A stretch of DNA of 64,000 bases from Clostridia bacterium (GCA_045588915.1 JAZNFA010000003.1:45407-109406); one strand, 5' to 3'; shown: positions 18,566-30,104, numbered from the stretch's first letter. The notes: generated by a model from the sequence alone, not told the origin. Translations and numbers: made by a program.

Positions 18566-20581
18566 CTAATCTAAATTCACAATTTTATTGTAAATTGCAC
18601 TTTTGTTAAGTTCGGTAGTACGTTCATTATGAATTGTTAAACGATTACGTACAACCTCATAAATTCCCAGTTGTTGAAAGACAGCGAAACAAAAAACGAA
18701 CTGGAAAATGTTTTTCTTTGGTAACACCAACTTGTTAAACATTTTTAATGGTGATTGACAAAAGTTGTTTTGATTTACCAAATTCAGCGTTGCTTTATAA
18801 TAATCAATAAACACCGACCTGTCAACACTTAACCCATCAATCACAGCTTGCAAGTTTTGATCAGGTGATACAGCCAATTCATCATTCAAATAACGTTGCA
18901 ACACCAAAGCCTTTTCTTCATCGTTAATCGCAAACGGAATCACACATTTAACAACAGCTTGTGGATTAGTTCCATCATTCTGTTGCAATTCAAAAATCAC
19001 ACTTTTCACACAAGGTGCTGCTAAAATCGCATTAAACGCAGCGCCACCAAAGAAAATAAATTTTACATTTCCACTATCAAACTTTGTATGTGCTGGATGG
19101 CTTGGCAAACTGACGGCACGTGTTTCACGCATCACTGTCATCAAGACTGGTGCTGGATTACCACAACCCGTTGGTTCCAACATCGCAATTTCTTGAAAAA
19201 ATTGTGGATTTAATTCAGCTTCGCTAATTTCAAAATCATAATACTTACAATTTTCAGCTGGCTTTTGTGCTGCTGCTTCTGCCACAATTTTTTGAAATAG
19301 CGTACGGAACTTTTCAAAGTTTTCCACTGGCAAAGACATCCCAGCCGCCATTGCGTGCCCACCAAAAGATGTCAAATACTCCGACGCTTTCGTGATACAT
19401 TCAACCAAGTGAATACCAGGAATACTACGCCCACTGCCTTTGTAAATTTCCCCTTTTCCACCCAGAACTAAACAAGGCTTCCCATATTTTTCAGCTAAAC
19501 GGACAGCAACAATACCCAACACACCACTTTCCCATTCTGGCTTAGCTACCACAATCGCTGTATCGTTTTGTAAGCTTTGTTCTTCAATAACTTTTACACA
19601 TTCGTCAAAAATTACAGAACATAATTCTTGTCGTTTGGTATTCATATACAACAAGTTCTTCACAATTCGATCCAAACGAATTTCGTCTTGTTCTAAAATC
19701 ACGTCTAAACCACGTTTGGCATTTCCCATTCGCCCACTGGCATTGATTTTTGGTCCAAGACGGAAACTAATATCACCACTTTTAATTTGTCCACGAATAT
19801 TGCAAGCACGTGCCAAGGCAGTAATTCCCGGCACAGTTCCTTCGTTTAACATCTTCAAACCGTGATGAACAATCACACGATTTTCATCAGTTAAAGATAC
19901 AATATCGGCAACCGTCGCAATCGCGCAAATATCAAAATACTGCTTTGCTGTTTCTAAACCTTCCATTGCTTGCACTAATTTCAAAGCAACCCCAGCGCCA
20001 CAAAGGTCATTAAATGGATATTCTTGGTCGGTGAATTTCGGATCAACACAAATACAATCAGGCGTTTGTTCCGGAATTGCGTGGTGGTCAGTGACAATAC
20101 AATCAATCCCTAATGATTGCGCAAACTTAATTTCAGCTGGACAAGAAATACCACAGTCGACCGTAATCAATAATTCGGGTTGAAATTTTTCGTGCAATCG
20201 TTGTATCAAATCAATATTCAAACCATAGCCGTCAGCATCACGTTCGGGTAAAAAATATGAAGTACGAACACGTTGTGATAAAAGATATTTATACAAAATG
20301 GCAGTCGCACAGATACCATCAGCATCATAATCGCCGATGATTAAAACTCTCTGTTTTCGGTTAATAGCGTCGCGCAACCTGTCTACCGCCGCTTGCATAC
20401 CTTTCAGCAAAAACGGATTGTGTAACTGGCTAGGGTCGAAGTTAAAAAACTTTTCAGCTTTTTCTCGTGTGTCGATACCCCTCTCAATTAATAAACGGAT
20501 AAATTTTTCACTATACCCTAATTGGTTGAACTCCGCCAGTTGCCGTGGGGTTAACTCCCCGCATCTGACTTTGTATTCCAT
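18566..20581 (-). CDS. recJ: single-stranded-DNA-specific exonuclease RecJ
   Basis: DHH-family motifs (GDYDADG, TVDCG, TDHH). 671 aa. Confidence 0.9.
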   Translation of the reverse strand: MEYKVRCGELTPRQLAEFNQLGYSEKFIRLLIERGIDTREKAEKFFNFDPSQLHNPFLLKGMQAAVDRLRDAINRKQRVLIIGDYDADGICATAILYKYLLSQRVRTSYFLPERDADGYGLNIDLIQRLHEKFQPELLITVDCGISCPAEIKFAQSLGIDCIVTDHHAIPEQTPDCICVDPKFTDQEYPFNDLCGAGVALKLVQAMEGLETAKQYFDICAIATVADIVSLTDENRVIVHHGLKMLNEGTVPGITALARACNIRGQIKSGDISFRLGPKINASGRMGNAKRGLDVILEQDEIRLDRIVKNLLYMNTKRQELCSVIFDECVKVIEEQSLQNDTAIVVAKPEWESGVLGIVAVRLAEKYGKPCLVLGGKGEIYKGSGRSIPGIHLVECITKASEYLTSFGGHAMAAGMSLPVENFEKFRTLFQKIVAEAAAQKPAENCKYYDFEISEAELNPQFFQEIAMLEPTGCGNPAPVLMTVMRETRAVSLPSHPAHTKFDSGNVKFIFFGGAAFNAILAAPCVKSVIFELQQNDGTNPQAVVKCVIPFAINDEEKALVLQRYLNDELAVSPDQNLQAVIDGLSVDRSVFIDYYKATLNLVNQNNFCQSPLKMFNKLVLPKKNIFQFVFCFAVFQQLGIYEVVRNRLTIHNERTTELNKSAIYNKIVNLD

Positions 20582-20645
20582 TCTAGATATAAATTAGCAT
20601 AAATTTAGTTGTTTTGCAACAAAAAACCATTTACTATAATGCTAT

Positions 20646-21488
20646 ATGGAAAAAATTAAAATCACAGCAGACAGTACCTGCGATTTACCAGCAGAATTAT
20701 TAAAGGAATTTGATATCACAACAATCCCAATGTATATTTATATGGGAGACAAAGAATGTCGAGACCATCCCCAAATTGCCGAAGAAATTTACAGCTATTT
20801 CCGTGCAACAAAAAAAACACCCAAAACATCAGCGATTAGTACTCCTGAATATCAAGAATTTTTTGAAGCTAATTTACCCGAAGGTGGCAGTTTAATTCAC
20901 TTTAATATCTCCAGCGAAATTTCTTGCACACACCGTAATGCTGTTGCTGCTGCACAAGAATTAAAGAATGTTTACGTCATTGACAGTCATAACTTAACCA
21001 CCGGCACAGCAATTCTAATTCTCCGTGCGATTAAATATCGAGAAGCAGGTTTATCTGCAGCCGAAATTGTTAATCGCATTAACGCCGAAACCGATAAAGT
21101 TCAATGCAGTTTTATTGTCGACGATTTAACTTATTTACATCGTGGTGGCCGTTGCAGTGGTACAACTAAATTCTTTGCAAGTATCTTACGCATTAAACCA
21201 CAAGTTTTTGTCAAAGATGGGAAAATGGAAACTGGAAAAAAATTTCGTGGCAATTTAAACTTTTGTGTTAAACAATACGTTGATACTGTTTTAAACGAAA
21301 ATCCAAATCCAGATTTGTCGGTGTTATTTATTACCCATACCAAAATGGCAAACCCACAAATTGTCGAAGAAATCAAAAAACAAGTTCTTGCACGCCACGC
21401 ATTCACACGCGTTATTGAAACCATTGCCAGTGGCACGGTCACAGCTCACTGTGGTGAAAATACCATCGGTATTATTTTTGGTTTATAA
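20646..21488 (+). CDS. DegV family fatty-acid-binding protein
   Basis: MEKIKITADSTCDLP... with the typical DegV N-terminus and length (280 aa). Confidence 0.88.
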   Translation: MEKIKITADSTCDLPAELLKEFDITTIPMYIYMGDKECRDHPQIAEEIYSYFRATKKTPKTSAISTPEYQEFFEANLPEGGSLIHFNISSEISCTHRNAVAAAQELKNVYVIDSHNLTTGTAILILRAIKYREAGLSAAEIVNRINAETDKVQCSFIVDDLTYLHRGGRCSGTTKFFASILRIKPQVFVKDGKMETGKKFRGNLNFCVKQYVDTVLNENPNPDLSVLFITHTKMANPQIVEEIKKQVLARHAFTRVIETIASGTVTAHCGENTIGIIFGL

Positions 21489-21526
21489 TTAGTATATTTT
21501 TCACTTATCATTCGCACTCTAACATT

Positions 21527-22201
21527 ATGGCAACACGTAAAAAAGCCAAAGTACCTTTGATTATTTTTGTGCTAGCTGTCGCTGGTTCAATTTTTTGTTT
21601 TTCATTTGGACAAAACTATAACCCTTATTTTTTGTGGGCTGGTTTGGGTCTCGCTTGCCTTGCTATTCTCTTTTTTATGATTGCTTTAACAAGATTTTTA
21701 CGCAACCGTTCCATTACGAGTGGTTTACTGATTACAACGACAACAGCCACAGCGATTTATTTTATTGCCAACCGTTTTATTGAGACAGCAGTACCACGTG
21801 CCGTCGGCAACAATTTAACTGTAGCTGGTGTCAATACAACCACAGCAACAAACGGTTGGTTTACGCCACTCTTTTTTGCACAAATCGGACTATTTGTAAT
21901 TTGGTTTTTTATTATTTTATTTATTATTTATGTTTACGTACGCCCAATCAAAAAGATTGACTACTTACTCAGTCAAATTATTGATGCCAAAGAAATTAAA
22001 AAAATGAAAATTGGCAAAGGTCGCCAGTATCAAGCAATTGCAGACAAGTTGCAAATCCTCGCAAACGAACAACACGCTGCTGCTTTGAAACGACGTGCAC
22101 GCCAAATTCAAGCCCAGAATCGCCACTCAGCCAAAAAAGCTATTGTACAAAAAATTATCAAAGAGAAAGAAAAAATGCCACGTTCGGCACGCGCCAATTA
22201 A
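21527..22201 (+). CDS. hypothetical membrane protein with basic coiled C-terminus (224 aa)
   Basis: Four hydrophobic helices followed by a K/R/Q-rich tail. Confidence 0.5.
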   Translation: MATRKKAKVPLIIFVLAVAGSIFCFSFGQNYNPYFLWAGLGLACLAILFFMIALTRFLRNRSITSGLLITTTTATAIYFIANRFIETAVPRAVGNNLTVAGVNTTTATNGWFTPLFFAQIGLFVIWFFIILFIIYVYVRPIKKIDYLLSQIIDAKEIKKMKIGKGRQYQAIADKLQILANEQHAAALKRRARQIQAQNRHSAKKAIVQKIIKEKEKMPRSARAN

Positions 22202-22473
22202 CTGTCTTTTTGTACAAAATTTTGAATATTTTGTAACATTGCATCATAGGCAGGTTTTAAAATTTGATAGAGTTGCAAAGCACGTGGCGACGGAACAATA
22301 CCACCACGTTCCACAACAAATAGTTTTTCACGCAATTCACGTTGCAATTCGTGAATATTGTAACTCACAGTTGGTTGACTAACTTTTAATTTTTCGGCAG
22401 CTTTACTAACACTCCGTTCCTCAACCACAGCCAAAAAATATTTGTATAAATTCAAGTTAACGTCAATTAACAT
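22198..22473 (-). CDS. LysR-type winged-HTH domain protein lacking an effector domain (91 aa)
   Basis: LYKYFLAVVEERSVSKAAEKLKVSQPTVSYNIHELQRELREKLF is a canonical LysR N-terminal HTH. The ORF ends ~30 aa later. Start re-picked to the ATG at 22473. Confidence 0.7.
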   Translation of the reverse strand: MLIDVNLNLYKYFLAVVEERSVSKAAEKLKVSQPTVSYNIHELQRELREKLFVVERGGIVPSPRALQLYQILKPAYDAMLQNIQNFVQKDS

Positions 22474-22534
22474 GTAATATAGAATAATTCTATAACCCTT
22501 GTTTGTAACCATTGACTTTGTTACATTTTTATAC

Positions 22535-23038
22535 ATGAACACAAACGCAATCACAAAAACTTTATTAACAATTAGGCCAGGACTCAGCGATTACGAAAAT
22601 ATGCTCGCTGAACGTGCCCACAATCACGCACTTTGCAGTTGCAATACACCACTATTAACCAATCGCATCATTGATAAAATCATTGAGCTTAACGTCAAAC
22701 AACAAACTATTCACAATCTTGCACAACGCTTAGACCGAGTTATCAGTAAATTACCGACCGATACCCAAGCTGTCTTACACAGTTATTACCAAACCTACGG
22801 TATCGCCGCCGACATTCAAACACAGGCAGCTAAATTAAACATTGCAGAAAGAACTTTTTATCGCCACCTTGACCGAGCAATTAACTACATCGCCAATCGC
22901 TTAGACGACATCGGTATCAACTTTTTTACCTGGCAAGACCTTCTTCACCAACATCACTGGATTAAAGAAACTTTTATTCGTCAATGCCCACCAAACCAGC
23001 TGCGAAAGATTGTGCATCGAAAGGAACCAAATCATTGA
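22535..23038 (+). CDS. putative transcription regulator with a sigma-70 region-4-like HTH (167 aa)
   Basis: ...AAKLNIAERTFYRHLDRAINYIANRL resembles region-4 / ArpU-RinA-type HTH. The 3' end overlaps ftsY convergently by 65 nt. Confidence 0.4.
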   Translation: MNTNAITKTLLTIRPGLSDYENMLAERAHNHALCSCNTPLLTNRIIDKIIELNVKQQTIHNLAQRLDRVISKLPTDTQAVLHSYYQTYGIAADIQTQAAKLNIAERTFYRHLDRAINYIANRLDDIGINFFTWQDLLHQHHWIKETFIRQCPPNQLRKIVHRKEPNH

Positions 23039-23876
23039 TTTGTTCACCAACACCAATATACCAAACTGGCAAATTAAATTTTTGTTTAATCGCTACCACA
23101 ATGCCACCCTTAGCTGTGCCATCTAACTTAGTCAAAATAATCCCATCCAAACCAACAGCTTCGTGGAAATATTCAACCTGGCTTAAAGCATTACCACCGG
23201 TTGTGGCATCAATTACCAATAGTTTATGATAATTCGCTTCTGGCATAACCTTACCCACCACACGGTCAACTTTTTGTAATTCAGCCATCAAGTTTGCTTT
23301 GTTATGTAAACGCCCAGCTGTATCAACAATTGTTACTTCTTCACCTTTTGCTTTCATCGAAGTCAATGCGTCAAAAACTAACGATGCTGGGTCAGCCCCA
23401 GCCCCCTGTTTCACGATACGTACACCAGCACGTTCACTCCATTCCACTAATTGCTCGGTTGCTGCTGCACGGAAAGTATCACCTGCCACCAATAATACTG
23501 ATTTACCATCTTCTTTTAATAAATTTGCTAATTTACCAATTGAAGTAGTTTTTCCCACACCATTTACACCAACCACCATTAACACCGTTGGCGCAATTAA
23601 CTCTGGTTGTTCGTCGGTCAAAATTTCAGCAATGCTTTGCACCAAACGTCGTTTTAATTCCTCTTCCGTTTTAATTTTTTCGGCTTTCACCGTTTGCTTA
23701 ATATCATCAATAATTTTTTCGGTTGCTTCGACACCAATATCAGCACTAATTAAAACAGTTTCCAAATCATCGTAAAACTCATCATCAAAAGTCTTGTTAA
23801 AAATTGCAGCAATCCCATTTGTCACGGCAGCTGCCGTTTTCTTTAAACCACCAAAAATTTTTTTAAAAAATCCCAT
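22974..23876 (-). CDS. ftsY: signal recognition particle receptor FtsY
   Basis: GVNGVGKTTSIGKLA, DTAGR, TKLDGTAKGG. Confidence 0.95.
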   Translation of the reverse strand: MGFFKKIFGGLKKTAAAVTNGIAAIFNKTFDDEFYDDLETVLISADIGVEATEKIIDDIKQTVKAEKIKTEEELKRRLVQSIAEILTDEQPELIAPTVLMVVGVNGVGKTTSIGKLANLLKEDGKSVLLVAGDTFRAAATEQLVEWSERAGVRIVKQGAGADPASLVFDALTSMKAKGEEVTIVDTAGRLHNKANLMAELQKVDRVVGKVMPEANYHKLLVIDATTGGNALSQVEYFHEAVGLDGIILTKLDGTAKGGIVVAIKQKFNLPVWYIGVGEQINDLVPFDAQSFAAGLVGIDE

Positions 23877-24313
23877 TATTTATCTCCACTGGCTAAAGCC
23901 ATACGTCTTTGATATTTTGGATCAGAATTCATCGGCGTACTTAAAAAAATATCAACTGCCGTCAATGCTGTTGCTTCTTCCATAAAGCGACCACCTAAAC
24001 ATAAAATGTTCGCATTATTATGTTCACGTGCCAAGCGTGCATAATCCACACTATGGACTAACGCAGCACGTATGCCGACGTGATGATTCGCGGCAATACA
24101 AACACCAATTCCTGTTCCACAAACTAAAATACCACGATTATCTTGGTCATTCAAAACACCGTGCACCACTGGTGTTACATAAGTTGTAAAATCATCTTCA
24201 CTATCAAATTGCGTATTTCCACAATCAGTCACAGCAATCCCTTGTTTTTCTAAATGTGTACGAATGGCTTCTTTTAAAGCAAAACCACCATGATCACAAC
24301 CTAAATAAATCAT
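23876..24313 (-). CDS. rpiB: ribose-5-phosphate isomerase B
   Basis: MIYLGCDHGGFALKEAI...CGTGIG, RpiB/LacAB family. Confidence 0.9.
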   Translation of the reverse strand: MIYLGCDHGGFALKEAIRTHLEKQGIAVTDCGNTQFDSEDDFTTYVTPVVHGVLNDQDNRGILVCGTGIGVCIAANHHVGIRAALVHSVDYARLAREHNNANILCLGGRFMEEATALTAVDIFLSTPMNSDPKYQRRMALASGDK

Positions 24314-24316
24314 ATT

Positions 24317-24736
24317 TTATGATAGCATGGGGCGTGAATTTCGCAAATCAAAAATCTGATGATAGACCCCTTCCAAATTGATTAACAGTTTTTCACAAAC
24401 TTTATCGTAAGCATCTTGACCATAACCATAAGGGTCATCATAATCACGCAAGTCAAAAATATAATCATACTGCTTTTCCATTTTGGGTAAATACTGTTTT
24501 GCTACGTGTCGTTTCTTAGGAACAGCAATGCCATTGTTTTGCAAAGCAATAATAACTTCCGGCATCATATCCGAACCAACAGCCGCCGCTGTCCCTGCAC
24601 TCCGTACAATCACACCAGTCCGTTTGTGTTTTTTACAAATTGCTTTGAAAATTACTTCAGCCATCGGACTACGGCAGGTATTCCCAGCGCACACAAACAG
24701 AATTTTTGTTTTCGGTGTTTTTGTTGTCGTCGCCAT
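24317..24736 (-). CDS. low-molecular-weight protein-tyrosine phosphatase
   Basis: Signature CAGNTCRSPMAE (C-X5-R-S). Confidence 0.88.
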   Translation of the reverse strand: MATTTKTPKTKILFVCAGNTCRSPMAEVIFKAICKKHKRTGVIVRSAGTAAAVGSDMMPEVIIALQNNGIAVPKKRHVAKQYLPKMEKQYDYIFDLRDYDDPYGYGQDAYDKVCEKLLINLEGVYHQIFDLRNSRPMLS

Positions 24737-24737
24737 A

Positions 24738-25286
24738 CTATTCTCCTAACTCTGGTACAACTGGGTATTTAAATTGTTTAAACAAAATTGCAAAAAAATC
24801 CCAAACCCACATTCCCAAAGCTAAAAGTCCCAATAAATCACCGGGGAATAAGTACCCACGAATTTCAAACATATTACGAATTTGACTGCCAGCACTTTCG
24901 CCAACTTCGGGTGGGAAAATAAAGAACGTTGCCATAAAACTAATTGTCAACAATAACATTAGAATACCACGTAAATAACGCTTAGCAACAAAGCAATGTA
25001 CTCCAAAACAACCAAAAATACCACCAACAACCATTTTCCAAAAAGGCAAAGCCGCAGGACGTACCTTCGAAAATAAAACATTGCTACCGGGTTTATACGG
25101 TGCTGTTAATTTTGCATAATAAATTTGTTCCTTTGTCAAAGCACAGTTTTTACACTTTGAAGTTCCTTTGGGCATTTTTGTTTGACAATAAGGACAACGC
25201 ATTTCGGTCATATATAAAACATCCAATCGGTCATCTGACTGAATGCGTTTACCTAAAATATCTTTTTGTTCTTCACCTGTAATCAT
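24738..25286 (-). CDS. zinc-ribbon plus TM2-domain membrane protein
   Basis: CPYCQT...CKNC ribbon, then GGIFGCFGVHCFVAKRYLRG, which is TM2-like. Confidence 0.65.
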   Translation of the reverse strand: MITGEEQKDILGKRIQSDDRLDVLYMTEMRCPYCQTKMPKGTSKCKNCALTKEQIYYAKLTAPYKPGSNVLFSKVRPAALPFWKMVVGGIFGCFGVHCFVAKRYLRGILMLLLTISFMATFFIFPPEVGESAGSQIRNMFEIRGYLFPGDLLGLLALGMWVWDFFAILFKQFKYPVVPELGE

Positions 25287-26845
25287 CCCTGCCTCCCTAT
25301 AAAGTATGACTTAATTCGTCCTAACAGCCAAACTAAAAAAGTGCCAACTCCTAAAATACAACCAATCAAGAACCAATCAATCTCACCCGTCATATTTTTC
25401 TTACTTGCAGGACGTGGGTCATCTTGTTGCGCCAATTCATAGTTAATATCTTTTAAAGTTACGACCGTATCTGTTGCAAAATCTAGAACTGTAATCGTGC
25501 CATAACCAAAATATTCGTCATAGCCAACTTCACCACGATCTGTTGCCTCTCCTGCCGCCGCAGACAACAAAGCTTTATGCGCAAAATTTAAAATGTGTTC
25601 ATCTTCGCCATCTGCATCCCAGTTTGTGAGTCCATAATCTTGCATTGTAGTTTTACTTGAATCACTATACAACATTGCATAACAAGCTGTAACATACGGT
25701 GTTGCCATACTTGTTCCACTATTACGTAAATAATATGCACCATTCAAATCCTGACGTACATACCAACTGTGAGAACTATCATACTTATAAAGACTATAAT
25801 TACCATTCACATCATTATAATTTTTTTTCGACGCCGAACTAAGTTGGTCAACAATTTCTTGACTGCACGCCGACCAAATTTCCTTACCAGGCGCAGCAAC
25901 CCCAACATAATCATTATGGTAAGAAAAATCAGCCAACTGGTAACTACTTTTTGTATTATCATAAGCCGACACTGCCAAAACGCCTTCGCACGCACTTGGC
26001 AAAGAATAATATGTATAACTTTTATATTCCCCTGACCCAACATTACCGGCTGCCGCAATCGGCAAAATATCATTATTAGTTAAGTTATCAATGACATCCT
26101 GATAACCAGTATATTGAAAACCATTGTCGAGATAACCATACTTGTCGTCACGGTACTCTGCCATATCTTCGCTGTCGTAAACATTGTAACCATCTGTTCC
26201 TATGCTCATATTCACAGCAATGATATTTAATTTCCCTGTTACCGAATTACGTCTTCGATGCGCAAGACCATTACTATCTAACAAAGAATAATATTGACTA
26301 CCATTTTTCAAAGCACACAAATAACGAACAGCATTTTCAAATGCATAATTACCTATTTCATTATCAAATCCATTAAAAATCTTAATTGGTAAAATCTTTA
26401 CATTGTCCAAAGTCATATCTGCTATGATACCTGCCACGTGCGTACCGTGTCCATTGTGGTCCTCGTGCCATTTTTTCATAGCATCATCATCATTGATACC
26501 TTCACTAAAATTAATTGCATATTCTTCCAAAATACGTCCAGCAAACACTGGGTGCGTATTATCTAAACCAGAATCGACAACAGCTACAATCACATCTCTT
26601 AAATTTTGTACAGCATCAAGGGCCGTTAAATAGTCATTGTATGTAGTAATTCCCAACGCTTCATATAAACTCTGTCGCGTGGGTTGATTATAATTATACT
26701 GATTAAAGTAATAAGTTTTTGTACTAACGGCATCGTGTGGCATTAACGCAAAAGCAGGAACAATCTTAACAACTGACTGCCCCCAGCAAAAAATAGCTAA
26801 CAAAAGAACACAAAAGAACTTATTTGCTAAATTGCGTAATTTCAT
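25283..26845 (-). CDS. subtilisin-like (S8) serine protease, secreted with a C-terminal membrane anchor
   Basis: Catalytic blocks [16 protein letters not shown] and [11 protein letters not shown]-terminal signal peptide. C-terminal hydrophobic helix. Confidence 0.9.
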   Translation of the reverse strand: MKLRNLANKFFCVLLLAIFCWGQSVVKIVPAFALMPHDAVSTKTYYFNQYNYNQPTRQSLYEALGITTYNDYLTALDAVQNLRDVIVAVVDSGLDNTHPVFAGRILEEYAINFSEGINDDDAMKKWHEDHNGHGTHVAGIIADMTLDNVKILPIKIFNGFDNEIGNYAFENAVRYLCALKNGSQYYSLLDSNGLAHRRRNSVTGKLNIIAVNMSIGTDGYNVYDSEDMAEYRDDKYGYLDNGFQYTGYQDVIDNLTNNDILPIAAAGNVGSGEYKSYTYYSLPSACEGVLAVSAYDNTKSSYQLADFSYHNDYVGVAAPGKEIWSACSQEIVDQLSSASKKNYNDVNGNYSLYKYDSSHSWYVRQDLNGAYYLRNSGTSMATPYVTACYAMLYSDSSKTTMQDYGLTNWDADGEDEHILNFAHKALLSAAAGEATDRGEVGYDEYFGYGTITVLDFATDTVVTLKDINYELAQQDDPRPASKKNMTGEIDWFLIGCILGVGTFLVWLLGRIKSYFIGRQG

Positions 26846-26861
26846 ATATCTTAATTATATT

Positions 26862-27887
26862 ATGGCAGAACAAGAAAAAAGTAAAGCATTGCAAGCGGCT
26901 TTAGCAACCATTGAAAAAATTTATGGTAAAGGCGCAATTATGAAAATGGGTGACGGCCCCGTCGTCCGTAACATCAAAGTAATTTCAACCGGCTGTTTAA
27001 CTTTAGACTATGCTTTGGGTATCGGTGGCATTCCACGTGGACGTATTACCGAAATTTATGGTCCAGAATCCAGTGGTAAAACTACTGTTTGTTTACACGT
27101 TGTGGCTGAAGCACAAAAAATGGGATTAACCTGTGCTTACATCGACGCCGAACAAGCGCTTGACCCAATTTACGCAGAAGCTTTGGGTGTCAACGTTAAA
27201 GACTTAATCATCAGCCAACCAGACAGCGGCGAACAAGGTTTAGATATCGCCCACAAATTGGTTGAATCTGGCTGTGTTGATTTAATTATCATCGACAGTG
27301 TGGCAGCACTTACTCCACGTGCCGAAATCGACGGCGACATCGGCGATGCGCACATCGGTTTGCAAGCTCGTTTAATGAGCCAAGCATTACGTAAATTAAC
27401 TCCAATTATCAATAAAACAGAAACAGCTTTGGTTTTCATTAACCAATTACGTGAAAAAGTTGGAATGATGATGCCTGGCCAAAACCCTGAAACAACACCA
27501 GGTGGTAAAGCCTTAAAATTCTATTCATCAATGCGTTTAGACGTTCGTCGTATCGGTAGCGTTAAACAAGGCGACGAAGTTATTGCGAATAAAACTAAAG
27601 TTAAAGTCGTCAAAAACAAATTAGCATCACCTTTCAAAATTGCTGAATTTGAAATCACTTTCGGTAAAGGTATTTCAAACGAAGGTTGTATCTTAGATTT
27701 AGCGATTGCTAACGACATTATTCAAAAAGCAGGTAGTTGGTTCTCTTATCAAGGCGAACGCATCGCACAAGGTAAAGAAGCAACCAAAGCTTGGTTAGAT
27801 AGCGACCCCAAAATCAAAGAAGAGATTTTGAATCAAGTCAAAGCCACAATGACCAAAAGCAATATCGCACCAATCGAAGCCGACTAA
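26862..27887 (+). CDS. recA: recombinase A
   Basis: [14 protein letters not shown]...GPESSGKTT...IIIDSVAAL. Start re-picked to the ATG at 26862. Confidence 0.97.
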   Translation: MAEQEKSKALQAALATIEKIYGKGAIMKMGDGPVVRNIKVISTGCLTLDYALGIGGIPRGRITEIYGPESSGKTTVCLHVVAEAQKMGLTCAYIDAEQALDPIYAEALGVNVKDLIISQPDSGEQGLDIAHKLVESGCVDLIIIDSVAALTPRAEIDGDIGDAHIGLQARLMSQALRKLTPIINKTETALVFINQLREKVGMMMPGQNPETTPGGKALKFYSSMRLDVRRIGSVKQGDEVIANKTKVKVVKNKLASPFKIAEFEITFGKGISNEGCILDLAIANDIIQKAGSWFSYQGERIAQGKEATKAWLDSDPKIKEEILNQVKATMTKSNIAPIEAD

Positions 27888-29119
27888 TACTGCTCTGGTA
27901 AATCATTGATAATCAACAATGTATCCCCACGTTTTAACCACTGGGGATATATTTTTTTAGCAGCTTCACGGTCAGCAACGTAAGCAACTTCACCCTGCCA
28001 ATCTTGTAAACCTTGCTTAAAATACACTCGGTTAAGTTCCCCCACCACAATGACAGCATCAGCTACTTCTTTGATTTGCGCACAAAACTCACGATGAGCA
28101 CTTGCTGTGTTTGTTCCCTGTTCGACAAAACCTGGCGTTTGGACAACTTTACGTCCAGTTTGTGTACGCAACACAGCTAATGCACTTTTTGCACTAACTG
28201 GATTAGCATTGTAACTGTCATCCAAAATGATGATACCATTTGGTGCTATAATTTTTTCTAAACGATGTGGCGTCGCCTGTAAAGTCTTGGCAACTTGTCT
28301 AATTTCATTATCGCTGACACCGAACAACCGTGCCAAGACTACAGCCATCTGTAAATTTTTCTGCTGGTGTTCACCACATAAGTTTGTTTCTATATGTTTG
28401 CATTTCGCCGCTTTCACAAGAATTAAATTTGGATGTTCCAATTTTTGACACCACTCATTATCACCATCCGTAATCGCAATTCCATTTTTGGGTAATGCTT
28501 GCAATAATTCAGCTTTAGTACGTGCCACCGTTTCAACATCACCAAACGTTGCCAAATGACAAGCCCCAATACTGGTAACTATTCCGTGCTGTGGTTGTAA
28601 TAAATCACACAACTCTTTAATTTCTCCCTCACGACGTGCCCCCATTTCCATAATCAAAACTTGCGTATCAGACTGCAAATTTTCATTCACGGTACGCGCT
28701 AAACCCATCGGTGTGTTAAAACTAGCAGGACTGGCCACCACACGATATTTCACACTTAACAACTGCGCCAAAATATTTTTCACCGACGTTTTCCCATAAC
28801 TTCCTGTAATTCCAATTTTAATTAAATCAGGACGTTGGCGTAAAGTTCGTTGTGCACGACACAAAAAATGTTTTTGCACACGCTTTTCATACGGTCGCAT
28901 TAACCAATTTGCGCAAGCAAGCGTTTGTGCCAAACATAACAATGGTAACCCGAAACCCAAAATAACCAAAAATACCGTCAGCCAATGCAACCGACACACA
29001 CGAGCCGTCCATCGCACTTTACCAGTGGTAACTTTGCCAATTAAATTCCAATATGCGTGATTTTGATACCCACAGATTTGCATCTTATACAACAAATCAT
29101 TCCATCGATGTAGCATCAT
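27884..29119 (-). CDS. Mur ligase family protein, MurF-like
   Basis: P-loop [13 protein letters not shown], plus Mur ligase middle and C-terminal blocks. The N-terminal ~90 aa contains a hydrophobic helix instead of a recognisable MurF N-domain. Confidence 0.7.
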   Translation of the reverse strand: MMLHRWNDLLYKMQICGYQNHAYWNLIGKVTTGKVRWTARVCRLHWLTVFLVILGFGLPLLCLAQTLACANWLMRPYEKRVQKHFLCRAQRTLRQRPDLIKIGITGSYGKTSVKNILAQLLSVKYRVVASPASFNTPMGLARTVNENLQSDTQVLIMEMGARREGEIKELCDLLQPQHGIVTSIGACHLATFGDVETVARTKAELLQALPKNGIAITDGDNEWCQKLEHPNLILVKAAKCKHIETNLCGEHQQKNLQMAVVLARLFGVSDNEIRQVAKTLQATPHRLEKIIAPNGIIILDDSYNANPVSAKSALAVLRTQTGRKVVQTPGFVEQGTNTASAHREFCAQIKEVADAVIVVGELNRVYFKQGLQDWQGEVAYVADREAAKKIYPQWLKRGDTLLIINDLPEQY

Positions 29120-29826
29120 TGCGCCCCTTGATGACTTGCCAAAAAGTTGTTCATATCATTGATAAATCGTGCACTTTCTTCCAAATATGCGAAATGGCCT
29201 TTACCACGATAAATAATTTTTTGAGCGTGTGGTATCAAAGCACACCACCGTTTCATCTGCTTTAACGGCGTATCACAATCACGACTCCCCCAAACAAGCA
29301 AAGTCGGTGCTTGAATTTGTTTTACTTCTAAACTTAAATCACGGTGAATAATGTTTTGAAAAGTTTTTTTGCCATTTTCATCTAAACGACGATAATCGGC
29401 ACTACCACCTTGCACACGCCACCCCAGCCGTCGTCCTAATTTATACCACCAAATCTTCCATCGTACACGCCAAGATTTTCCTACGGATAACCCAGCCCCA
29501 CCCGTAATAATCACCTGCGTAAATAAATGAGGATGTCGCGCGTTTAAGATTGCCACTAAGCGTGCCCCAAAAGAATGAGCGATGACGACACAGCGTGTGA
29601 TTTTGTTTTGGTACAATAATTTGTCAACGTCATCGGCATAATCTTCCAAAGTGTAAACTTTTTGTGGTGGACACGGTAAATTTGGAACAAACACACGACA
29701 AGTCAAATCACGAGCAAAGTACCGACTAATCGGCGCAAAGCTATCACTATTCCCACCCCACCCGTGCAAAAACAAAAACGTTCGCATACTGTAATATATG
29801 AATTCCACCAAAATCGGTTTCGCCAT
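29116..29826 (-). CDS. alpha/beta-fold hydrolase
   Basis: FLHGWGGNS and nucleophile elbow AHSFGA. The start could instead be the internal MRTFLFLHGWGG. Confidence 0.75.
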   Translation of the reverse strand: MAKPILVEFIYYSMRTFLFLHGWGGNSDSFAPISRYFARDLTCRVFVPNLPCPPQKVYTLEDYADDVDKLLYQNKITRCVVIAHSFGARLVAILNARHPHLFTQVIITGGAGLSVGKSWRVRWKIWWYKLGRRLGWRVQGGSADYRRLDENGKKTFQNIIHRDLSLEVKQIQAPTLLVWGSRDCDTPLKQMKRWCALIPHAQKIIYRGKGHFAYLEESARFINDMNNFLASHQGAQ

Positions 29827-29868
29827 ATTTACAATTACGAACGTTTTCCTAATTTAAGTTGCTGACAA

Positions 29869-30075
29869 TTAACGAGCCATTTCGTGATTTTGATTTTGTA
29901 CGTTTTCTTTCAAAGCATTTTTATTCACTGGAATCAATTTAGTCTTACGCACTAACTTATTTGTTTGGTTACAGATATCACTGCATTTATTACTGCAACG
30001 AACATCCATATTGTCCAAAACACCTGATTCAACTAAATCTAACATTTCTTCATTATTTAATTCAAATTTTGCCAT
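29869..30075 (-). CDS. small hypothetical protein (68 aa, three Cys)
   Basis: SD AAAGGAG upstream. MAKFELNNEEMLDLVESGVLDNMDVRCSNKCSDICNQT.... Last gene of a four-gene small-protein operon. Confidence 0.55.
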   Translation of the reverse strand: MAKFELNNEEMLDLVESGVLDNMDVRCSNKCSDICNQTNKLVRKTKLIPVNKNALKENVQNQNHEMAR

Positions 30076-30104
30076 TATTAACTCCTTTATTTTATTAAGT
30101 AAAT

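Noticed and set aside
29869-30075. The 68-aa Cys/Ser/Thr-containing peptide as a lanthipeptide or double-glycine bacteriocin precursor
   Set aside because: The N-terminus only loosely fits a double-glycine leader: it has SG instead of GG, and the hydrophobic spacing is imperfect. No LanB/C/M, radical-SAM, C39-peptidase ABC exporter or immunity gene is nearby. The long polar C-terminal tail is atypical for a core peptide.
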